From: Octopus sinensis
Taxonomy: Eukaryota
Length of the DNA: 64,000 bases
Assembly (NCBI RefSeq): GCF_006345805.1
Contig: NC_043006.1
Coordinates: forward strand, 32,674,001 to 32,738,000
Reading direction: 5' to 3'
Shown: positions 52,847 to 64,000 of the stretch, piece by piece
Numbering within the stretch: the first letter of the stretch is position 1
How the letters are laid out: every line of letters begins with the position of its first letter
Made by a program: the position numbers and the translations under genes
The notes under the pieces: generated by a model
Database searches by the model: none
Told to the model about the DNA's origin: nothing
The model's input: the letters and a program-made list of their open reading frames with translations, nothing else

Positions 52847-54409
52847 GATTCTCTGTTCATCCCTATTCTGATCATTATATCTCTCGGTTTATATGACTAT
52901 TAAGCTACATATCTATTGAAAAAATCGATACACCTATCTATCAAAATTTCTATCGATTCTTATTGAAATGAGTTAGCGAAAATAAAAGTACATCATTTTC
53001 TCACCAGATAGTGTTGCTGTTCAAACTTTTAAATTACCTGAACGCATATCTATCACTAACCAAAGAGAAACATACAGTATGACAACAAGCGATAAAGGCA
53101 TACATGTCACAGATTATCGTAATTCCGAAATGATATCGATATTCCCCCCACACCTGCCCGAAAAATATGTGAATGCAATTGAAATATGTCTATAAGAAAT
53201 GTAGATATTATCGATATAAAGATATAAAGGAACTGAGCGTCATTGGCTTTGCTTGTCTTCCGTTAGCATTGGAAAACAAAGAGGTATTTATTGTAAGACA
53301 TTTTATTGGTATCGAAAGCGGTACGACCAACAGAAGAATCGGAACAAGCACTTTCTGTAGATAAACTACACGTTGTGAAGCTTGTAGAATAAGAATGATG
53401 ATGATGATGATGACGATAATCATTATCATCACCATTGTCAGAGTTAATATATTTTATTATAGGCTGCAACAAATAATTTTGCAGCGAAAAACAGCAACAT
53501 ATATTTATTTGTATTCATTTAAACTATTTTTCGTAAGTCACCTACTTTCTGAGACAAAGCAGCAACATTTCCCTCAGATTCAATCCTTAAATCTAAGCAA
53601 TAGATGCAGGCAATGATGTATGTCATAATGTATCTAAAGTATAGATGAGGAATGGACTTGATACGATAAAACCAAGTTAGATCCCAATAATTCCAGACTA
53701 GGACTGACATGGCTATAAGCACCAAGATTGGCAGCTATTTTGGACTTGTTTCAAGATACGAGCACTCTCGAATCATATAAAATCCTACGGCCGGTTTTTT
53801 CGGTTTCTCACAGGTGAGTGGCCGGGAGCAACGTCAAATAAAGTGTTTTGCTCAAGAACACAAGTCGCTTTGTCAAGAAATCGAAACTACATTCGTACGG
53901 TCATGAGTCCAACACCCTAATCACTAAGCCGCGTGACTCCATCTGGAAATGTTTTGGCTTATTCTGACCTCATCAGTGAGTCATAGATTTCAATGTCTTC
54001 ACAAAGTAAAAAGTAAACGTACAACAGTGGACATTGATCGGTGTGGCATAGCCTCGGGATACTGAAAACTCTTTCTAGAAAACTAAATACATTTCCTGTA
54101 AGAAGCGCAAACATAAGCGCAGATACGGCTGCTCGGTTGAGAAACTTACATTGCAACTACATGGCGGATCAAAGACTGGTGAGTGAATTTCGAAGATAGA
54201 AACTCTGTGAAAGTACACACACACACAAGCACACACACACACACACGTATGTATGTATGTATGTGTATGTATGTATGTATGTATGTATGTATGTATGTAT
54301 GTATGTTTGTATGTATGTATGCATGTATGCATGTATGTATGTATGTATGTATGTATGTATGTGTGTGTGTGTATGTATGTATGTATGTATGTATGTATGT
54401 ATGTATGTA

Positions 54410-54620
54410 TGTAGATAGCAAATCTCAAAAAGAACAAACACAAAAAACAACAACGTCAGGACGTGGTACATGTAATGTATCAACAGACGCCCAGGAAAGG
54501 TAAGAAAAACGGTTTCACATTTCGAGCAAACGCTCTTCTTTGGAAACAGAGAATAGTCCAATAGAAGGGAAGACAAAGGAAAAAATTCGCCAACGATTTG
54601 CATGTGGCTACATTTTGAAA
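54410..54620 (-). mobile_element. Short PLE-type repeat with decayed hammerhead (54512-54547)
   Basis: Minus GUUU CCAAAGA A GAGC GUUU GCUC GAAAU GUG AAAC; stems I and II kept, core mutated. Confidence 0.7.
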
Positions 54621-54821
54621 TATATATATATATATATATTTTTTTTTTTCGGGAACTGCATTAGGTATGATTAGTTAAATTTTGGTAGTAATGACTTATG
54701 TCCCTCTTTAGCGTGTGGCATTTATGTGTAATAATGCCCTCTATACAATATAAATAAATATTTTCAAGTGAAAAAATTATTTTCGAATAAGATTCCTTAT
54801 TAAGATGTTATCCTTAATTGT

Positions 54822-54858
<37 letters not shown>

Positions 54859-55065
54859 TAAAAACGGTAAGATAACAAAAGTAAGAAAGAGACCTCAAAA
54901 TTATGTAAATAGAGGAGATTTTAGATGGTCAGATAACCGAAGAGATGGTGTTGTGGATTTCCACCTCGGCATTCGAAACTCAGAGTTTTATCTTGGCTAC
55001 CGAATAATTGTCACATATTATTTTACAGATATATATATATATATATATATTATAATATATATATA

Positions 55066-55103
<38 letters not shown>

Positions 55104-55514
55104 GATATAATTACGTACAGCATTGGGCTATGATCTTGCACAGGAAGTTGTTTAACGGAATTGAGGAATCAATAATATACAAACTAGATATGCATGTCGG
55201 AGTTGCTTTGACGCACATAGAAACTGCTGGATCTACTCATAGCTATTCCACAATTTTCGTCTGAATCCTGCGAAACGTCGGAACTTTTCTCACATCACAC
55301 CATCAACATGTATCTGAGGGTCACAAGTGTTTCGCTCCTTAGCATTGATGCTTCGCCTTATTGTGACAGGGAGGCCTGAATTAATCTTCGATTGTGGAAG
55401 GTTTCCTTTTTGTGGTCTCTAGTCAAACACTGTCACATTTAGCTTGTTTCAGCTACCATACCTACTTCCTCGTCGGCTTTCCTTATTGTCTGGGCTCCAG
55501 ACCAACATTCTGTT

Positions 55515-55885
55515 GTAAATAGCTCACCGACGAAGTCTACGGAGCCGCCATAGCCGATTTCATAAAAGAATGAGGCCGCCTACCAAACTTTGACAAATGC
55601 CTCGCCGACCTCGACAGCTCTAAGTGCAATTCAAAGAGCCTTTTAACTCTCTTCTTAAGGACAATTTCTTATTCAAATGTTCCAGGTGTAAAACTTACAT
55701 CGGAGCCACGGAAACCGGCTTCAAGACGAGATTTCCTCATTACAAGAATCCCTTTAAAACTCTGAAAACAAGCCATTAACGAGTTCATGAAAACCATGTA
55801 TCAATTAAAATGAACCGGTGTTGCCTATTTCAAAATCCACAGGTGTATGTTGGAAAGAGAAACTTCGTACGGGCATATATCCTAC
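55515..55885 (+). mobile_element. Penelope-like GIY-YIG endonuclease remnant
   Basis: CK*LTDEVYGAAI.., KTYIGATETGFKTRFPHYKNPF, then frameshifted YQLK*TGVAYFKIHRCMLERETSY, matching the order of PLE EN motifs. Confidence 0.7.
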
Positions 55886-57534
55886 CGTCATTCTATGAAA
55901 TACCCGGTACACTCAATTGAAAATTATTTTATCTCGTTTCAAAACAAATCCGCCTCGAAACCTCAATCTTAACCTTCGAACTATTGCAGTCATTCTTCGA
56001 AGTTTCTGATTTTGAACTAGTTATGAAACAACTGATATATTATTAATGTACAGCCACATTAAACCACCACTGTTTTTAATATTACTTCGAATATGTATTT
56101 TCGTATTCTTTCGTAATTTTGCACTTGAATTCCTTGTTTCCGTTCTTTCGATCCTATATAACTTTAACACGAATTTTTTAAAATATAAAGTTTATATTCC
56201 CTTTTTACATTTCTAATAGCTTTTTTCAACCAAGAAAAAGGCATAAAATACGCTTTTTATATCATATCATATAATGCATACATACACACATACATACATA
56301 CGTGCATATGTATATATATATATATATATAATATATATATATCAAGGCAATCTTGAATTAATTTGACTCTTTTTTTACATTGCCCAAAACGCATTCTTCA
56401 TGTCTTTACATATTTCGAAATTGGTTTCCATATTGTTATTGTGATCGGCATAATTTTGTCTGTGTGTCTTTTACTTTTGCACCTCCATCCCCATCCCACC
56501 CGTTGCACCCTTCAGTAATAATACTTTAGGTTTCTATTTCGCAAATTTTTTCCACCGAATGCGTGCTTTATAATTGCTTCCTTTATATATTGGACTTGTT
56601 GTTTACATATATTGGATGTAAACTGTCACTTTTAGCAAAAAATATCTTCTAATTTAATTCCTTCTCCTTTTTTCAAATTGTTTTTCTCGTATCTTTAAAT
56701 TTCGCCTTTTTCTGTTTCACACATACATACACACACATACACACATATATACACACATATATACATGACAGAATGAAATAGTGAGAAGGAGTGTTCAAAA
56801 CTAAGTTTGGTGGATGCATATTCTTTGTTTATGGATTAACAGTGCTTTCAATGTTTTGAAGTGGCAAGAATTGACAATCCTTCAAGCGTTCTTCTTTGAG
56901 ATGTTGGTAATCACATCCAATTTGCATGGGATTTCGTGAGAATGTAAGTGATTATACAAGACTTGAAAATTAAGTGATACACACACAAGGGGAGGCAACT
57001 CATTCAATGACTACTTTAGATGATATTTCTGTGGCACTGGCAGACATTTATATTTTGCAGACATTTACGCTCAATACATATTTAAGGTATTATACGAGAA
57101 CATTTGCTCGTAACCATTGAAATAAATTAATATACATTAATATGTATATTAATTTATTCTTTGCATGTAGATGCATGTGTCTCTCATTATTTATCTGGTT
57201 TGAACGTGTATTATTCTGTGAAATATATTTCGCAAAACGCGTGATGTCAAAAAATACAAATGAATGCATTTTATAATTCCTGTATGAATTCTTCGAGTAT
57301 ATGTCTATTATGCGCATATGTCTACTATGATGGATATTAACATTATATCTTAAAATTAACCTGTTTCGATAGGTGAAGTGTATGAAGGGAGCACGCATCA
57401 GATTTCATAGTTTCAATTGTTGTTTGTTCATGCGAGAGTAGAATGTTTCTTCTGTAAGGTTCAAAATGTTCATTGTGGAAGTTACGGTGTTTAACTTCCA
57501 CCCTGTATGGTGCCTGAAGGACACAGGGACTCCA

Positions 57535-57830
57535 TACGTAATCTCATAGAAGATCCCAGAAAAAAAGGGTCCCTACATCAACGGCAGCAATCGTTGCAAG
57601 CTGTGCAAAACGGAATGGGCAAGATATTAAAGAATTCCCTCTGCCCGAGGGACAGCTTAAATTCGAGGACGGAAGATTCGAACCGTGTTTACACATCACG
57701 CAACTCCTCCTGAAATCGTGGGACACGCAATCTGACCGAGCAGCGGTCTAACGGAGCCAATCGTTTGCACTCGACCCTTCTCCTTTGTCTGTGTGTTTGA
57801 TAACTAACCACGAGGTCTTTTCTCTCTTCA
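57535..57830 (+). mobile_element. Penelope-like EN C-terminal remnant plus 3' region
   Basis: S*KIPEKKGPYINGSNRCKLCKTE resembles the PLE motif W.IL.KA.PY...KRC.LC..EK. Confidence 0.6.
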
Positions 57831-58007
57831 TTATGAAGAGAAGCTATGGGCAACCGGTCATTAGGGCCTGACGTGACGTTGTAAAGCTAAGAGATTTATG
57901 GAGGCAAAACCCTGGGTAGCCTCATAGACCGGCGAAAATTATCTTAAATAATCTACTGATCTATAACTCTTTCTGATTTATGATTTACTGACGAAACCTA
58001 TATATAT

Positions 58008-58059
<52 letters not shown>

Positions 58060-58088
58060 ATATAGATATATATATATACATACATACG

Positions 58089-58120
<32 letters not shown>

Positions 58121-58204
58121 ATATATATACACACACATATATATACATCCATACATACATCTACATATATATATACATACATACATTACATATAATTATA
58201 TATA

Positions 58205-58244
<40 letters not shown>

Positions 58245-58279
58245 CATACATACATATATATACATATATACCTACATAC

Positions 58280-58313
<34 letters not shown>

Positions 58314-58334
58314 TATGTATATATATACATATAT

Positions 58335-58369
<35 letters not shown>

Positions 58370-59784
58370 CATATATTCCTTCGCTTTAGGGTCGAAAGTA
58401 TCAGTTTTATGAACTTAGTGTGACCATAAGAACAGTCAGAACTCTAAACACAGCCGTATAATTTGGAAATTTTATTTTTGATAGAATACTCTTTGAATTG
58501 ACGTATGTCATAAATAATTGTACTTCTTGCGAACGGTATGAAACAAAACCAGTAACCAAATCTTAGATATAATATAATAATTGCAACCCATGAAATAGCA
58601 GTCTTGTACAATACTCGGTTATTTGTTTAAAAATCACACTTTTAATTATACGAAAATATAACATTAAGTTTTCTTAATAATTAGAACTACGGTAAACACA
58701 TTCCAGATGACATTGATTTACGTAAACTTCTATTGATTACCCATGTAATCAAATACTTGTTGATAACATGTCTTTCTCAGTCTCTTACAAACAACTTGAT
58801 AATTTTTCTTCAACTGACTGTAATTCATTTCTGACTTTAAATTCGTTGACAGTTCGTTCTTTCACGCAAATAATATATTTGTGGACAAGTTTAGAAACAG
58901 TAGAAACTTAGATTCACGCGCCTTTTAGTTTAATCACTGTCAGAAGAAATAGATTGCTTCTGATTTTAGTTCTGCTACCAAAGTTTATTTAAGTTATGAT
59001 TAAACGTATTCTAGTTTGGTTTGTTGAGATTCATTGTGTCGAATAAAATAAGGAAAACAAGATTTTGTGTCATTGATTGCAATAAGTATTATATTTTAAT
59101 ATTGATCTAAATAAGGGCTCTGCAGCCGTAACTGATCAATGGAACAACTAAGCAGTTAGGGACACAGAATTTGTCACAAGTTATTGGTTGCAACTATAGC
59201 GGAATCATTTATAAATACGGGGTCTTCTGTTACGCTCTCAATAACAACCAGATAACCAATGATGGTGTAAAGTGCACAGCTGTAAACAGTTGAAGACATG
59301 ATTGTCTCATTGGTTGCAGTAAATATTTTATTTTAATGTTGATGTTAGAAGTTCTCTGCAGCCGTAACCGATCAAAGGAACAACTCCAAACAATGCGAAT
59401 AAATAAGTATTATATTTGACCGAATAATCCGAATGCTGAATGGTTATAGAAGGGGTCACAGAATTAGTTTCTGATTCGAAGTAACGAGCTGGAAGCTTGC
59501 GATCAGTGTTATCTTGATGGTATCTCAATGTGCTGGAAATAAATAAATATATAAATAAATAGATAAATAAATAGATAAACAAATAAATAGTTGGATGCAT
59601 ACTCTGTAAGTGATGGATTTACTGACGGCTACAAAGACACAAAACTCTCAAAGTTCAAAGGATTCTTTTCGATGGAAACGATAGTTGCTGAAATTTCCAA
59701 CAATATACAGTTTGTATTAAGTCAGCAAACAACTGACATGCATTGTCATTATGCAGATGTACATTACAAGAAATGATTGATATA

Positions 59785-59990
59785 CTGGGTTTGAAATTTT
59801 GGCACAAGGCCAGCAATTTTGGGAAAAGGACTAAGATGATTTCTTCGATTCCAGAGTTAAGCTGGTATTTACTCTATCGACTCCGAATAGTTGAAAGGCA
59901 AAGTCGGAATTTGAAGTCAGAACGTGAACACAGATAAAATGCTTAGCAGCATTTTGTCCGTTGGGCATAAAGAATCTGCCAGATTGGTTC
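59785..59990 (-). mobile_element. SINE family A, diverged
   Basis: TTTTGGCACAAGGCCAGC..GAAAGGCAAAGTCGG..CAGAACGTG..ATTCTGCC-like end. Confidence 0.75.
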
Positions 59991-60866
59991 CTTAGAAATG
60001 TTCTACATATTGTACCTCTATAAACAGCAACGAAGACGCGTGGCTTATTCGTTAGGGTGTTGCAATCACGATCGCAACATCGTAATTTCGATTCCCAGAT
60101 CGAGTGATGCGGTCAGGCGTTTTCATCGAAGTATGTTTAGAACAATCGGAATTTACATTACACACCTGGAAATAACGTGTGTGAGATCGTGCATTCGTTA
60201 CAAAGACCAGTAAAGCGAAATTTATATCACAACATGGCGTCTTAGACAACAAAATTTAGTTTGCTATACACAATAGAAAGGGACTGCCATGGGCAGAACA
60301 CTTTTGATCGATTAAACCAGATTGCACATAAATAACAACATCAGTGAAACATCAAAAACATATGATCTAGTGTGCAGTAGTTACCTAAACTCTAACATCA
60401 CATCGTCTTAAAATATATGTGATTGATGTAATATATCGCATAATACAAGTGTTTTTGACAAGCAAAGACTAGAAAGTCTTTCACTGATACACAACAACCT
60501 ATTTCATAGTTGAGAGGAAATATCAAATTTTATTACATCTATGAATTTTTCAAGAACATCAAAAGAATAGAAGAAAACGGGAAAGACATTTAGGTCAGCT
60601 GTTCACAAAATCAGAACGTAGAAGATAATAATTGATGATTTAATATTGTTGTGGAATTATGTCGTGATGTTAGGTCCATTTGTATGGAGTAGGATTTCTT
60701 ATCGATTGAACATATATAAGTTTAAAAAGAATCTTGCGGTTTGTTGTCGTTCTTATGACTGGTTTACATACATAAAGGCATGCATACAGACACCACATAC
60801 ATACATGTGTACGAGTATAATATGTACATATGTATGTATATATATATATATATAAACAAATAAATA

Positions 60867-60899
<33 letters not shown>

Positions 60900-61330
60900 G
60901 TAAACAGTAAAATTAATTGCAGACATGGACAAGAACATGAAACACACACAGAGACGACAAGAACCACAGGACGGGACATCGAAGCCCTCAGTCATCAGTC
61001 AAGAACCAGATCATCTTAGCAATTTCGGCTGATTAATCTTGAGATGCTCCGATATGGCCAGCCCGCCAAGGAAATCTAAGCCAAGCGCATTAGATCCCCT
61101 GGAAGAAAGCTTCGAATGTATACAACGAAAGGACGGAAAACGATCGAAGTACACAAACAAAAATACAGAATACGGACACCATAAGAATACAAAAACGTAA
61201 AAAAACAATAACGGTAAAAATAAAAAATAAACAACAAAACAAAACCAGGACGTAGGACAAGGGTCTTCGACAGGACGATTTGAGTATGGGGCTGGCTTGT
61301 GAAGTTGTGCCTAAAGGCCACGGGAGACGA
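60900..61330 (-). mobile_element. (TA)n-flanked PLE-type repeat, decayed
   Basis: A-rich AAACAAAAATAC..GGAC pattern like the other TA-associated repeats; CUGAUGA on minus at ~60992-60998 but no GAAA. Confidence 0.4.
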
Positions 61331-61619
61331 ACAAATACGTGTTGCTTCTGCGGCTGCTGAAACGAAAAGAGCGTCAACAGCGGCTAGCTGTCACATGAGA
61401 ACAAAAGACAGGAGAAAGGGACAGATGAAAGGGGAGAGAAGGTGGACGAGGGAGGAGAAGAAAGAGACATATATATATATAAACAAATATATATATATAT
61501 ATATAAACAAATATGTATATATATGTTGTGTGTGTATATGCATGGTATGTGTGATATGTTAGTACTTTGTTTGTGTGTGTGTGCGGCATGTAGAGATATA
61601 TTTGAGGTGTACGCTATAA

Positions 61620-62580
61620 GTGTAATTTGTGTGTGGGGGGGGGTGTGAATTTTTATATATATATATATGTATGTGTATGTGTGTGAAAAAATATATGTCT
61701 GTGCATGTATGTATGTGTATGTGTGTATATATATATATATATATGTGTATATATATGTGTTATGTGTGTATGTGTGTGGTGTATATTTATTGCTTGTTTC
61801 TGTGGTATAAACATGTACATTATTGCATGCGCATTGTGTATATGTATATTGTATGTATGTGTATTGTATATGTATGTGTACAATTAAGTGTATATATGTG
61901 TGTGTATGTGTGCAGTGTATATATGTATATTGTAGGTGTGCTATATATGCGTGAATACAGGTATGTGCATTGCGTGTATATATATGTATACATTGTGTAT
62001 GTATGTTATGTGTGTGTGTGTGTATATATACATTATATGTATGCGTACGTGTATGTGTATGCGTTGTATGTAGCGTATTGTGGGTATATATGGTACTCTA
62101 TGTATGTATGTATGTAAACACTATTTATATGTATGTGTTATATATGTATATGCATTGTCTATATATATATAATATGTATGTACTGCGTATGTATATTGCA
62201 TGCATATATTGTGTATGTATATTGCTTACATGCTGTATGTGTATATTGTATGTGTGTATATATATGCTAGGTGTATTTGTGTGATATTTATATTATGTAT
62301 GTCGTGTGCGTGTGTGTGTGTGGTGTGTGTGTGTGTGTGTGGTGTTGTGTGTGTATGTGTGTTATATATCTGTGTATGTTATATATAGATACATATTATA
62401 TTTGTGTGCTGTGGTGTATATGTGATATATGTGGGTGCGTTGTGTGTGGGTGTGTGTGTTCTGTGTGTGTGTGTTGTTTGTAGTGGTGTGTGTTTGTTCC
62501 TATTTTGTTTACATGTGTGTGTGTGTTGTGTGTGTTGTTGTGTGTGGTGTGTGTGTGTATATATGTGTGTGACAAACAGA
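61620..62580. repeat. Degenerate (TG)/(TA) microsatellite field
   Basis: Almost pure TG/TA dinucleotides with scattered interruptions. Confidence 0.95.
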
Positions 62581-62993
62581 CGCTATCTGACCAGCGGGCA
62601 CGAAACACTCTATTCACACCCGCATACTAACCTCCTGATAACCCCAAAATCATTCATGCATAAAGGGGAAGTATACACCACATTGGCTACTTCCTCTGTT
62701 CTCTCAGTTCAGCCTTTCTGCTAATCCCAACAGGTCAGTAAAAAATATTCTCGCCTTGTACTTAAAATTCTGAGAATGTATAAAAAAGCCATTCTTAATT
62801 TTTGCTGTCAAAAGGCTGTATATATATACCGAAGATTGTATATATATACATGTGATGTGACAATTTGTGACAACCAATAATTAACGCAACCAATCCCAAT
62901 AATATATTTGTTTATCCTTTTCTGCCAAATTTTCCCAAACATTCTCATCACACTATTGAACTTCTCTGTTACCAAACATATATCTATACATGT

Positions 62994-63215
62994 AATGTGA
63001 CAATTATGTATAAAAAAACATTTTTGAATTCATAATATCCAATGTGACAATTATGTAAAAACCTTTTTGAATGCATAATACTCAATGTGACAATTATGTA
63101 AAAACCTTTTTGAATGCATAATACTCAATGTGACAATTATGTAAAAACCTTTTTGAATGCATAATACTCAATGTGACAATTATGTAAAAAAAATTTTTTT
63201 GAACCCATATTATTC
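62994..63215. repeat. 43-bp minisatellite x~5
   Basis: AATGTGACAATTATGTAAAAACCTTTTTGAATGCATAATACTC at 62994, 63041, 63084, 63127, 63170; inner copies near-identical, outer copies diverged. Confidence 0.95.
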
Positions 63216-63650
63216 AATGTTCCTTAAATGTAACTTTTGACAATCTTTTACCAAAGAGTGAAACCGGTTAAGTAAATAAACATCGTTTAAATTGCATTTT
63301 CAAACCTTTTTTCTTATATATATATATATATATATATAAACAAATATATATATATACATACATACATACATATATATGTATATATGTGTATGTATGTATG
63401 TGTATATATATACAAGTTTCTTCCAGTTTCTGTTTGTAGAAGAAACATAAATCCGGAGAAAAGCAGTTAATATTATAATAGGGGAGGCCGGTTTAAAGGG
63501 TTACCCTAGGTTTTGTGTCCATAAAGTGTTTGGCCTTATGGAATATCGTCAGGCCACAAACCCGTTGGCCTAAGAACTCATCAAAATATGGGGAGGGAAA
63601 TACCTCGCTAAAGGTAAACAATAGGTGATTATCTACCTTTGCCATTTAGA

Positions 63651-63755
<105 letters not shown>

Positions 63756-63882
63756 GGTGTTTGACTGTGGAAAGAAAACTTTGAATGACCGTCCTTGTTT
63801 CTTTGTATCGTCTGGATGTTTTGCCGTCCCTTTTTGTATCACCTAGCTGTCCGGATGTTTTGCGTTCTTGTCCCATTTTGTA

Positions 63883-63924
<42 letters not shown>

Positions 63925-64000
63925 AGAAAGTGTGTGTGTGTGTGTGCGTGTGTGTGTGTTTGTTTGTATGTATATTATGTCGAATTAAGTACTTAAATTA

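Noticed and set aside
60971-61000. CUGAUGA on minus as a hammerhead
   Set aside because: The GAAA half of the core is absent (reads UUCGAUGUC); at best a dead remnant.

Overview
AT-rich, microsatellite-saturated animal DNA. The SINE families and repeat style strongly suggest an octopus genome (my recognition, not a database result). There is one 100-N scaffold gap at 6697-6796. I cannot support any intact protein-coding gene; nearly all supplied ORFs are microsatellite artefacts. The window is a mosaic of four tRNA-derived SINE families, decayed non-LTR retrotransposon 3' ends (RTE, R4/Dong, HERO-like), Penelope-like (PLE) GIY-YIG remnants and Tc1/mariner remnants. The most notable hidden layer is about ten minimal type-I hammerhead ribozyme motifs, mostly in short PLE-type repeats. 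These include a spacerless ~309-bp palindrome with a hammerhead on each strand and a 433-bp tandem duplication with two same-strand hammerheads. Also notable are a (TAA)n tract holding two different RLE-retroelement 3' ends, each duplicated (A-A-B-B), and a ~390-bp foldback element. PLE-associated hammerheads are a known class; whether these particular arrangements have been described I cannot tell.
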